64,000 bases of DNA, taken from Exilispira sp. Its GTDB lineage: Bacteria > Spirochaetota > JAAYUW01. This document shows, piece by piece, positions 46,647-55,848 of this stretch. Each line of letters opens with the position of its first letter. The first letter of the stretch is position 1. Where the stretch lies: assembly GCA_035385485.1 (NCBI GenBank), contig DAOOKC010000001.1, forward strand, positions 8,385 through 72,384. Reading direction: 5' to 3'. The notes under the pieces were generated by a model, which saw nothing but the letters and a program-made list of their open reading frames with translations, had not been told where the DNA came from and did not search any database. The position numbers and the translations under genes were made by a program.

Positions 46647-47689
46647 TAGTGCCTTCTTGTAGTTCTTTTTATTTCTTCAATAATAGGTTTTGCATCTTCT
46701 GAGATTAAAAACTCATATGTTGCAGGAGGAACTATCTCTTTTATTTTATCAAAATTGTCTTGCCTGATATATTCTCTAACTGTTGAAGCAGAAATTGCTT
46801 TTCCTTCATGTTTTTTTCTTTCGATTATTGTAAAATCTATACCATATTTTGGTAGAAGTTGTTTCATAGTTTCATTATATTTTGAAGTTACTGGACAATA
46901 TGGTTCTTCTCCTACAAATCTTTTTTTTATATCCAAGGTGGGTGCAATCTTGTTTCCAAAAATAGCAACATCTAATTCAGCATACACTTTTTCTTTTGGT
47001 AAATCTTTTAAGAAATAGTCGGGGAAAGTTGCTGCTGAAATTATATATTGTGAAGAAGGTAAAATAGTAACATTTTTTAAATGTTCAGTTGCCTTTTTAA
47101 CTATATTAAATCTATACTTAAATGGGAAATATGAAAGTTCTTCCTCAAGTATAAAAATAAAAAGATGTTCAGAAATTTTAGAAACTGTTTCTATAAGATA
47201 AAGGTGACCATTTGTCATAGGATTGCAGTTCATTATAATTGAAGATGAACTCTTATAATGTATAGATTTTCGGATAGAAAACAGATTTGATAAAAAATCA
47301 TTAAAATCTGGTTTTCCTCTTTCAAGCAGAGCAACATCATCTGTTTTTTCGATTAAATTAAATGAAAATGATGAGAAAATATTAATATTTTTAGGATTTG
47401 TATATACCAAAATGTTGGAATAATTTCTTAATTTTATTTCATCTATTGCCCAGGTGAGTAATTTGCCTGTAATATTTTCCCCCTGGTAATCTGGATCAAT
47501 TGCAAGTCCTTTAATTATATTTCGATAAAAACCAATTATTCCAGCTTTTTTACCAAGATCAGATGTTAAAACAAACGCCTTGTCTATAGGCAGTTTTACA
47601 TCAAGATTATATTTGTTCCATATTTCTTTTAAGTTTTCAGGTATATCTTTTTTACCTTCTAAATTAAAAATTTCTTCATTAAAAAACAT
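46646..47689 (-). CDS. citC: [Citrate (pro-3S)-lyase] ligase homologue (CitC family: N-terminal GNAT-like domain plus C-terminal adenylyltransferase-like domain)
   Basis: The motif MNCNPMTNGHLYLIE closely matches the CitC nucleotidyltransferase motif (NPFT.GH.YL). The N-terminal region is acetyltransferase-like. I found no citDEF in the window. Confidence 0.65.
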   Translation of the reverse strand: MFFNEEIFNLEGKKDIPENLKEIWNKYNLDVKLPIDKAFVLTSDLGKKAGIIGFYRNIIKGLAIDPDYQGENITGKLLTWAIDEIKLRNYSNILVYTNPKNINIFSSFSFNLIEKTDDVALLERGKPDFNDFLSNLFSIRKSIHYKSSSSIIMNCNPMTNGHLYLIETVSKISEHLFIFILEEELSYFPFKYRFNIVKKATEHLKNVTILPSSQYIISAATFPDYFLKDLPKEKVYAELDVAIFGNKIAPTLDIKKRFVGEEPYCPVTSKYNETMKQLLPKYGIDFTIIERKKHEGKAISASTVREYIRQDNFDKIKEIVPPATYEFLISEDAKPIIEEIKRTTRRH

Positions 47690-47713
47690 AATAATACCTT
47701 AAAAAATGTTTAT

Positions 47714-49075
47714 TTAATTCCAAATCTCTTTTAATAACTTTGTTATTTCACTTCTATCAAAATATTCGATTGGTCGAAGTGCAATAAAATCTCTTGCAGC
47801 TTCGCTTAGAACTCCAATAGAAAAAAGATATCCTTTTATCGCTTGTTTTTCCTTCATTTTTAAATGAAACTCTTTAACTACAATTTCTCCAACTTTATCG
47901 GTGCTTCTTATAAATCTAAATAATAATAATACAACCTTAGAACCTTTTGATTTTGAAACAAGAAAATCTATTGTTTTTTCATCTATAGTTTCTGTTTCTA
48001 ATAAGTTGTACTGACCAAGTAAAATGCTAATCATTTTTTGAGATATGGTAATGGCATCTTTTTGTGTTGCAAGGCTATATTGTCTAATCCTTTCATCAGA
48101 AGTTAAGGATGAAAAGGTATTAATCTTTTCTGAAACATCTTTATATTTTGGATCAATATTATAAATTTTATCCCAGAATACTACTGCTTCATTAATTTTG
48201 TTCAAGTTGACATTTATTTGAGCAAGTTGATACAAAGAAGAAAGATAAATTTCTTTTTGAATATTTCTTGTCTGGGTCGCTTTTAAATAATAGGCATAAG
48301 AAGTAGCGAAATCCTGCTTTGCAAAATAATACTCACCAAGATAAAATAAACATTCTGCTCTTAAATTAGGGCTTTGTACACCTATTTTCAGATATTTTTC
48401 TGAATCATCCTTTTGTCCGACTTTATATAATGTTAAACCATAATATGCCATTGCTTCAATATCATTTGGAAATTTTTCTACATAACTTGATAATATTTTT
48501 TGTGCTTCAGTAAGTTTAGATAAAAAATAGCAGTTTAAGCCAAAAGATTTTACAAATTCTTTATCAAATTTTGCATTTTCTTTGTTAGCATAGCATTTTT
48601 TGAAATAGACATCTGCCTTTTCATATTGCTCAAGGTTAAAATAGACTAAAGAAATTAGTTTTAATATTTCTATATCATTTGGGTTAAGTCCCGCAGAAGT
48701 CAAAAGATATTTTAATGCCTGCTGATATTTTTTTAAGTTTTTTGCACAAAAACCTGCTAAATAAAGTATTTCTGATTGTTTCCAGTTATTTAATACCGAA
48801 GGTAGAGAAAGTGCCTTTTCAAGATAAGATAATGCCTGTGAATAATGTTTATTTTTAATGTATAATAAAGAAATATTTTTAATTGCTTCCCAATTTTCCG
48901 GTTCTTCTTTTAATATTTCCAAAAACTTTTTTTCTGCTGCTTTATCTTCACCTTTTAAAAGTTCATTTTCTGCTTTTGTAAGTAGCATCCTTTTCTTTAA
49001 AAATTTTACAAGTAATAAAATTGTAGAAATAATGACTAAAACAGATACTATTGATAAGACAACTATAAGGGACAC
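47714..49075 (-). CDS. Membrane-anchored TPR-repeat protein with a C-terminal domain resembling a restriction-endonuclease (Mrr_cat / PD-(D/E)xK-like) fold
   Basis: An N-terminal TM helix and about 8 TPR-like repeats. The C-terminal ~110 aa show the pattern TIDFLV...VVLLLFRFIRSTDKVGEIVVKEF...KGYLFSIGVLSEAARDFIA...IEYFDRSEITKLL, which resembles Mrr_cat. The catalytic QxK position is not obviously conserved. Confidence 0.45.
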   Translation of the reverse strand: MSLIVVLSIVSVLVIISTILLLVKFLKKRMLLTKAENELLKGEDKAAEKKFLEILKEEPENWEAIKNISLLYIKNKHYSQALSYLEKALSLPSVLNNWKQSEILYLAGFCAKNLKKYQQALKYLLTSAGLNPNDIEILKLISLVYFNLEQYEKADVYFKKCYANKENAKFDKEFVKSFGLNCYFLSKLTEAQKILSSYVEKFPNDIEAMAYYGLTLYKVGQKDDSEKYLKIGVQSPNLRAECLFYLGEYYFAKQDFATSYAYYLKATQTRNIQKEIYLSSLYQLAQINVNLNKINEAVVFWDKIYNIDPKYKDVSEKINTFSSLTSDERIRQYSLATQKDAITISQKMISILLGQYNLLETETIDEKTIDFLVSKSKGSKVVLLLFRFIRSTDKVGEIVVKEFHLKMKEKQAIKGYLFSIGVLSEAARDFIALRPIEYFDRSEITKLLKEIWN

Positions 49076-49308
49076 AATTCCCCCTTTTTATAAATTGAGT
49101 TAAATCAAAATAAATATAATTCTTTTCTACACTATTTCAATATATTTGGATACAGTAGAGTCAATTAAAATAATTTAAAATTGAAAATCTTTAATTTTAT
49201 CATAAAATAAATAGACAGAAAATATTATGTAAATTATTAGAAATATTAAAAAATAAATATGATTATTTTAGTTATTAAAAATATTAAAAATAAATAGAGA
49301 GATCTGAT

Positions 49309-49719
49309 ATGAAAAAAATTAAGATTAAAAAAGATAATATAATTTTAATTATATTATTGATCATTCCACTTTCATTTATAATATTTTTTTTTATAAACCA
49401 TCAATTAAACACGATAGATTATATCAATGATTTTAATGATATTAATAAATTTGAAGGTGATATAAGAACTATAGATGATTATGATATATTAATAGTTAAA
49501 GAAATAAATGAATTGAATATAAATAAACCTTTAGAATATCCTTTATCTAAATATAGAATTTTCCCTTATACCATAGTTTGGAAGGATACACTTTCTAATA
49601 TCGCTTATAAATTCAAATTAACTAAAGATGAAATCGAAATTTTAGTATATTTAAATAAAATAAAAGACAAAAATCTTATAATTGCAGGACAAACACTTCT
49701 TATAGCTAAGAAAAAGTAA
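49309..49719 (+). CDS. Small membrane-anchored LysM-domain protein
   Basis: An N-terminal TM/signal anchor and a C-terminal LysM-like block (YTIVWKDTLSNIAYKFKLTKDEIEILVYLNKIKDKNLIIAGQTLLI). Confidence 0.55.
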   Translation: MKKIKIKKDNIILIILLIIPLSFIIFFFINHQLNTIDYINDFNDINKFEGDIRTIDDYDILIVKEINELNINKPLEYPLSKYRIFPYTIVWKDTLSNIAYKFKLTKDEIEILVYLNKIKDKNLIIAGQTLLIAKKK

Positions 49720-49818
49720 CAGATGAAGGAATTAGAAAAATTATTAAGATTAAATAAAAAAAATATAAAAGAAAAATAGGAAATAAATAAAATAAATAAA
49801 AATATAAATTAAAAGTAT

Positions 49819-50802
49819 TTAAATAAATTGGTTTATACCTATTTCAAATAGTTTTTGTGCGGAAGATTTATCATAATAACGACTATAAATATCAATAGAA
49901 ATTAAAAATTCTAATAATGAATAGAATCTTTTTTTACCAAAATTATCAAGCTTTTTTAAGTCATATTGGAGTCTATATGGGTTATACTGTAAATTTAACT
50001 TATTAAAAAAATTAAAAATATTGTTTTTATCAGATTCAGTTATGCTGCCTTTTCCCATCGTCAATGAAGCTAGAATAGTTAGAAGTTTTACTTCTTTTAA
50101 AAAAGGTTGAAGAAAACTATTAAAATCATTTTCACTTTCTACAAATTGAAGATATTGGTAGAAAAAACTATATTTATCCTTCTGAAAAAAAGCATTGGTA
50201 ATATTATATATTGTAAATCCAGATGAAAATGTTAAAAATTTTGCGACAATCTCTTTAGTAATTACTTGACTTTTAGTCTTTTGAAGAAAAATCAAAATAT
50301 CATCAAGTACTTTTTCTAAAGTTCCAGAAAAGCTATTAAAATAGCTTTTAAATAAATCTTCGGTATTATTATTATCAAATTTAATTTTATTGTTAATGCA
50401 AAAATCATTTATATATTTATGTGGATCTAAATTTTTAGGAAATTGGATAACTGATATATCTTTTGTATCTTCAATTTTTTTTTCATCAGTAAATACAAAT
50501 AATAATAGATCTGAAGGGATAGATAATTTTACTAAACTACTTAAATTTTGAGTAAAATTATATAAAAATAAAGCTATTGTCTGACTGAATAGATCAAAAT
50601 TATTTATATAATCACTAAGTTTTTTTATATTTACATCATCATAAATTCTATGTATTTCTATTTGATTTTTATATTCTTCTTTTAATATTTCTACTATTTT
50701 ATTAACAAGATTATTTTGTAGGTCTTCAGGAAAATTATTTAAAATATTTATTTTCTTTAATTTAGAAATCTTATCATTTAATATTTGATCAATTATCATC
50801 AA
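49819..50802 (-). CDS. Hypothetical protein, possibly a DNA polymerase III delta-subunit (HolA)-like protein
   Basis: Length is 327 aa. There is weak by-eye similarity to HolA blocks (DLFSQTIALFLYNF resembling the SLFASRQTLLLLL region). The gene overlaps the NtrC-like gene stop by 14 nt. Assignment is low-confidence. Confidence 0.3.
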   Translation of the reverse strand: MMIIDQILNDKISKLKKINILNNFPEDLQNNLVNKIVEILKEEYKNQIEIHRIYDDVNIKKLSDYINNFDLFSQTIALFLYNFTQNLSSLVKLSIPSDLLLFVFTDEKKIEDTKDISVIQFPKNLDPHKYINDFCINNKIKFDNNNTEDLFKSYFNSFSGTLEKVLDDILIFLQKTKSQVITKEIVAKFLTFSSGFTIYNITNAFFQKDKYSFFYQYLQFVESENDFNSFLQPFLKEVKLLTILASLTMGKGSITESDKNNIFNFFNKLNLQYNPYRLQYDLKKLDNFGKKRFYSLLEFLISIDIYSRYYDKSSAQKLFEIGINQFI

Positions 50803-52150
50803 AATCTATCCCATATTTTTTTAATTTTTTATATAGATTTGTTCTTTCAATATTGAGTGATTGTGCGGTTTTAGTAATATTATAATCAAATTTTTTTAAA
50901 CGGCTTATAATTATTTCTTTTTCAAATTGTTCCCTTAATGTCCTTAGATCATCAGCATTTTCAATATCAAATTCCTTTTTGTAACCTTTTTCTATAATTT
51001 CTTCAACAAATTCCTTTGTTATAAATTCAGACGGGGTTAGAATATTGATCCTATCAATTATGTTTTTGAGCTGACGAATATTACCTGGCCAGGGATAATT
51101 TACAAGATATTGAATGGCTTCAGGATCAAAACTTTGAATTCTAAGATTTCCAGATTCTTTAATCTTTGAAATAAAATATTCGACGAGTAAAGGCACATCT
51201 TCCTTTCTTTCTCTAAGAGGTGGTAAATATATCGGGATTACATTTAACCTGTAGTAAAGATCTTCCCTGAAATTTCCATTTTTAATTTCATCTTCAAGAT
51301 TTTTATTTGTTGCAGCAATAATTCTGACATCTGTTGATATAGTTTCTATTCCACCAATTCTTGTAAATTTACCATCCTGTATTACTCTTAAAAGTTTTGA
51401 TTGAAGTTCCAAAGGCATATCGCCAATTTCATCTAAAAACAAAGTTCCTTTATTTGCAATTTCAAAAAGACCTTTTTTTTGATTAAAAGCATTGGTAAAA
51501 GCTCCTTTTTCATATCCAAAAAGCTCTGATTCAATAAGATTGGATGGAATTGCTGCACAATTTATCTCTACAAAATTGTTATTTGCTCTGTTTGAATTAA
51601 TATGTATAAGTCTTGCGACAAGTTCTTTTCCAGTTCCATTTTCACCATAGATAATGACTTTAGAATCTGATCTGCCAACAAGTTTTATTAAATCTTTTAT
51701 TTTTAAAATCTCGGGACTTTCACCAATGAATTCATCATTCATAAAATTTTTATATTTTAATGCAAGATTTTCATTTTTTAATGTATTAATATAATTTACT
51801 TTTTTTAATGTTTGTAAGATCAAATCAGTCTTTAATGGTTTGGTTAAAAAATCAAATGCTCCAAGTTTGGTAGCCTTAACAGCAAGATCGATGGTCCCAT
51901 GACCACTTATTATGACTACTTCAATGTCGGGATATTGCTTTTTAATCTTTTCTAAAAGATTGATACCATTTTCATTTTCTAAAATAATATCCAAAAAAAC
52001 ACAAAAAACTTTATGAACTTTTAAAGCTGCAAAAAGTTCATCTCCAGTAGATGTAGTAATGACTTTATAACCTTCATCTTCAAGGATTTCTTTGATCAAA
52101 GTACGAATATCATATTCATCATCGCATATAATTATATAGTCATTTGTCAT
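50789..52150 (-). CDS. Sigma-54-dependent response regulator (NtrC family: receiver + AAA+ + HTH)
   Basis: A REC domain (YIIICDDEYDIR...DIILENENG), then Walker A GENGTGKE and the GAFTNA (GAFTGA-variant) sigma-54 contact motif. An R-finger region and a C-terminal Fis-type HTH (ITKTAQSLNIERTNLYKKLKKYGI) follow. Confidence 0.85.
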   Translation of the reverse strand: MTNDYIIICDDEYDIRTLIKEILEDEGYKVITTSTGDELFAALKVHKVFCVFLDIILENENGINLLEKIKKQYPDIEVVIISGHGTIDLAVKATKLGAFDFLTKPLKTDLILQTLKKVNYINTLKNENLALKYKNFMNDEFIGESPEILKIKDLIKLVGRSDSKVIIYGENGTGKELVARLIHINSNRANNNFVEINCAAIPSNLIESELFGYEKGAFTNAFNQKKGLFEIANKGTLFLDEIGDMPLELQSKLLRVIQDGKFTRIGGIETISTDVRIIAATNKNLEDEIKNGNFREDLYYRLNVIPIYLPPLRERKEDVPLLVEYFISKIKESGNLRIQSFDPEAIQYLVNYPWPGNIRQLKNIIDRINILTPSEFITKEFVEEIIEKGYKKEFDIENADDLRTLREQFEKEIIISRLKKFDYNITKTAQSLNIERTNLYKKLKKYGIDFDDN

Positions 52151-52189
52151 ATTTAACCATCCAATCTTTTAGATAAAATAGATAATTTA

Positions 52190-53875
52190 TTAAATAATCT
52201 GTTTTACATAGGGAAGTTTAATTAAAAATGTTGCACCCTTATAATTAATATCATCTATTTTCCCATTGCCAATAAATTCGATTAATCCATTTATATTTTC
52301 AATTATTGATTTTATTATTGATAATCCAAATCCACTACCTTTTTCTTTTGTCGTAAAATATGGTTCAAATATTTTATTTTTTTCATTTTCATTAATTCCG
52401 CTACCATTGTCTGTATAAATGATATTGAAATATTTATCATCCACAATATAAACTCTAATAAAAATTTTGCATCTTTCTTCTTCGCTAATATTTGTTGCTT
52501 CATAAGAATTAATGATAAGATTATTAAATAAAGATTCAAGATTATCTTTTTGAGAATATAAATATATATTTTGCTCTGGAATTTCTATTTTTAATTCAAT
52601 CCAATCTGAATTCCAGAACTGCTCAATTGACCTAAAAAAGTCATTAACTAAAATAGGAACAGTTTCTTCATTATTTTGAGAATTTAATGAATAGAATTTA
52701 TTGATATTGTCTCTTATAGAATTAACATTTTCCTGTATAATTTTAAGTTTAGATATTAGATATGCTCTATAATTATCCTGATAAGGGTATTTTTTCTCTA
52801 TAAGTTCACATGAAAGGACAATTGGTGTTAAAGGATTCTTTAGCTCATGTGCTAATCTTGATGTCACTTTTGAAAGGATTTCAAATCTTTCCTGATATTT
52901 TAATAGAACCGCTCTTTGTTCAAGTTGCTTTTGCATTCTATTGAATTGAATTATTAAAAATGCAAATTCATCAAACCTTTTTTTAGGTAAAGGTATTGGA
53001 GAATATATTTCAGATGGTAATTTTTTAAACTGATTTACAAGCAATTGTAAAGGTTCTACCAGGTTTGAAATATATTTAAATAGAAAAAATACCTGAAAAA
53101 ATAAAAAGGGTATTATAATCAAAAATATAGATACGAATGTTATTATAGGTGTATTTTTTTTATGACTATAAATTTTTTTATATTTAGTTATTAGTTCAAA
53201 TAACATCTTTTTTGAATTTACAAGATCTTGGGGAATTTTATAAATCAAACAGATATTATTATCATTAAAAACAAAAAGTTCTGAATTTTTTATTTCAACA
53301 AGTGTAATATCTTCAATCTTTTTTGTATTAATTTCTTCAACAAAACCAGGATCTATATCGTAATTTATATCTTCAATCATTACTTTATTATCTACTTTTA
53401 AGTAAATTGTATAAGGGTCATCCATTAATGTCTTAATAATATTTTCAGCTTTATTATTTAGTAGATTATTTAATCTGATTTTATATTCATTAATTTTATC
53501 AATAATACCCAGATATTTTTCTTCTATAGAAAAATTATAATCATCATAAAGTTTATTTATTGAAGGAGAATAATTTAAAAAGACATATATAGCAATAATA
53601 AAAATAAAAATTGAAAGAATATTAATAATCAAGTATAAGGTAATTTTGAATTTTAATATTTCTCCAAATATCTTTTTCTTATATTTAATATATTGATTAA
53701 ATAATATTGCAGCAAAAATATTTAAAAGAAAAAGTTCGATAAAACCAAAAATTAAGATAATAGGGTTAAAAATAAATATTGAGGGAACTTTTATCAATAA
53801 AATTGTCAAAGCAATTATTAGATTTAAACAGATTAAAAATATTAAAGTTAGAATTTTTTTATTTTGAAATTTCAT
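52190..53875 (-). CDS. Membrane sensor histidine kinase (NtrB/NtrY-like partner of the sigma-54 regulator)
   Basis: Multiple N-terminal TM helices, an H-box LAHELKNPLTPI, and N/G boxes (LIINSYEAT, DNGSGI, GSGFGLSIIK). Confidence 0.8.
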   Translation of the reverse strand: MKFQNKKILTLIFLICLNLIIALTILLIKVPSIFIFNPIILIFGFIELFLLNIFAAILFNQYIKYKKKIFGEILKFKITLYLIINILSIFIFIIAIYVFLNYSPSINKLYDDYNFSIEEKYLGIIDKINEYKIRLNNLLNNKAENIIKTLMDDPYTIYLKVDNKVMIEDINYDIDPGFVEEINTKKIEDITLVEIKNSELFVFNDNNICLIYKIPQDLVNSKKMLFELITKYKKIYSHKKNTPIITFVSIFLIIIPFLFFQVFFLFKYISNLVEPLQLLVNQFKKLPSEIYSPIPLPKKRFDEFAFLIIQFNRMQKQLEQRAVLLKYQERFEILSKVTSRLAHELKNPLTPIVLSCELIEKKYPYQDNYRAYLISKLKIIQENVNSIRDNINKFYSLNSQNNEETVPILVNDFFRSIEQFWNSDWIELKIEIPEQNIYLYSQKDNLESLFNNLIINSYEATNISEEERCKIFIRVYIVDDKYFNIIYTDNGSGINENEKNKIFEPYFTTKEKGSGFGLSIIKSIIENINGLIEFIGNGKIDDINYKGATFLIKLPYVKQII

Positions 53876-54428
53876 ATGATATTATATTACTAACCAAATT
53901 TGATATTTTCATATTATAAGGATTATAAAACAAAAAAAGGAAAAAGAGTGCGGGAGATATTGGAGCTAAAGATGTAATAGATATATCTGATGAACAAAAG
54001 TATTTACCTTCTTTTTCTAATTTAAAAACATTATCAATTTCCATATTATTAATAATTTCAAGAACTTTACTCATAGAATTACTTTCATAATATTCTTTAG
54101 ATGAATATAGAGTAAAAATATTTTTATCATTTTTATAACTTAAAAAATATTGATATTTGATATCCATTACCTTTTGATCTTGATTTATAATTGGTCCACT
54201 AATTTTTTTGACTAATAAAATATAATAAACAATTTCAGCCTGGTTATTGAAATATAATAGATCAATGAAAGATTGAGAAAATTTAAAATTCAATTTATAA
54301 TTGCAAGAAATATTATTTTCATTAAGAGTAATCGAAAAAATATTTTTATTATCTGTTTCTAAAAAGAAGGAAAAAAATAATATAATTAATGTTATAAGAA
54401 AAATAATTTTTAATAATTTGCTAATCAT
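53859..54428 (-). CDS. Hypothetical secreted/lipoprotein-like protein
   Basis: An N-terminal hydrophobic signal-like segment. No recognisable domain. Its 3' end overlaps the kinase start. Confidence 0.35.
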   Translation of the reverse strand: MISKLLKIIFLITLIILFFSFFLETDNKNIFSITLNENNISCNYKLNFKFSQSFIDLLYFNNQAEIVYYILLVKKISGPIINQDQKVMDIKYQYFLSYKNDKNIFTLYSSKEYYESNSMSKVLEIINNMEIDNVFKLEKEGKYFCSSDISITSLAPISPALFFLFLFYNPYNMKISNLVSNIISYEISK

Positions 54429-54496
54429 ATTAAATTTTACTTAAATTTAATTATGTAATTTATCGCTAAGTTCATATGTTGTATATCTAAAACATC

Positions 54497-55306
54497 TTAC
54501 TTAAAAGAAATTATTATATATAAACCCATACTATCAGAAGTGATAGCAGGTACTAAGTTAAAATTTAAATTATTATAATTTGAGTAATATTTATAAGATT
54601 CAATTGCTCCTTTGTAAGCAAAATAACCCGAAAGTATACGATTTAATATATATATAGAGGCGTAAGAAACAAAAAAAATCTTTTCGCTATCTGATAAAGA
54701 GTTCCAATTTATTTCAAAAGATTCTGAAATCTCTGGTTCTGTAAAAAATTTTGAATAAAGAGCAATATAGAGTATTATTTTTTGAGTAAAATCAATTAGC
54801 ATGAAAATTGAACCCTTAAAATAATCTTTAATATAGAATTGACCAAGACCTGGATATGTCCAGCTTAAAAGACTCGCAATAAAAGGAGATGGAGGAATAG
54901 ACCTTATTTTATCGCTATTGATTTGATTATATTTATCACTTGTTATGGCGCTATCGATTATTGATGTAATATGCACCGCAAAAAATAAAGTTCCCCAGAT
55001 TGCAAGGTTGAAATAATCTTCTTGATCGGGATTTAATGGAGGTGTAAAGGTAAAATTAAATGGCCATGTATAATTAATTTTAACAATTGATGCAAGACCA
55101 TAAAAAGCAATAAAATATTCTAGACCCATGTATATAACACCTTTTAAAATATTTTCTGAATATATTAAGCCTGCTCCAGGTATATACCAGGATAAAATTG
55201 CCGAAAAAAGAGGATCTTTTTTTTCTAAAAAAGAAGTTTCCTGACCAAAGATTATTATATTAAATAAAATAAAGCATAAAAATAAAATAATTAATCTTTT
55301 CATCAT
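54497..55306 (-). CDS. Hypothetical membrane protein with a duplicated LSW(Y/T)xPGxGxxY motif
   Basis: A signal/TM segment, then two copies of a motif (AILSWYIPGAGLIY and SLLSWTYPGLGQFY), each followed by a hydrophobic helix. Confidence 0.4.
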   Translation of the reverse strand: MMKRLIILFLCFILFNIIIFGQETSFLEKKDPLFSAILSWYIPGAGLIYSENILKGVIYMGLEYFIAFYGLASIVKINYTWPFNFTFTPPLNPDQEDYFNLAIWGTLFFAVHITSIIDSAITSDKYNQINSDKIRSIPPSPFIASLLSWTYPGLGQFYIKDYFKGSIFMLIDFTQKIILYIALYSKFFTEPEISESFEINWNSLSDSEKIFFVSYASIYILNRILSGYFAYKGAIESYKYYSNYNNLNFNLVPAITSDSMGLYIIISFK

Positions 55307-55453
55307 ATTTATCCTTCTTCTACAAATTTTTATATATAAGAAGGTCTATATTAAAATTAAAATGTCACAGTAAAAAACAAAAAAGTTATATTATAATAAT
55401 TATAATTAATATTTTAGACCAAATATTGCGAAAATCAAATTTTTAATTAAGAA

Positions 55454-55720
55454 CTATATTTGAAAATTACTTTCAATAAGATTCGAAATTTCTTCGATTG
55501 CGACATCTTCTTCGTCACCATCAGCAATTATTGTGATTTGAGAACCATAAGTAAGAGCTAACATCATTATGCTCATTATAGATTTCGCATCTATTTCAAC
55601 ATCTTCTCGTCTTATTTTTATAGTTGTATTTGGGTAAGAAGAAGCTTTTTGGACAAGAATTGCTGCTGGTCGGGCATGTATTCCATCATCTAGTTTTATT
55701 GTAACTGATTTTTCTTTCAT
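55454..55720 (-). CDS. ptsH: Phosphocarrier protein HPr
   Basis: 88 aa. DGIHARPAA contains the His15 site, and a Ser46 regulatory region (KSIMSIMML) is present. Confidence 0.85.
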   Translation of the reverse strand: MKEKSVTIKLDDGIHARPAAILVQKASSYPNTTIKIRREDVEIDAKSIMSIMMLALTYGSQITIIADGDEEDVAIEEISNLIESNFQI

Positions 55721-55848
55721 TTATTATTCCCAAAAATACAGTAAATTTTTCTTACCTAATTATACCAACTTTAACATTTGTCAAATTTTATAAAGTAAAA
55801 TCATATTAATTAGTATTAAATGATGTCTAACAATAATTTTTTCTATAT

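Noticed and set aside
54429-55453. Sigma-54 (-24/-12, GG-N10-GC) promoters upstream of the genes adjacent to the NtrC-type regulator
   Set aside because: I scanned both strands of the candidate upstream regions by eye and found no TGGCAC-N5-TTGC-like element. I made no call.
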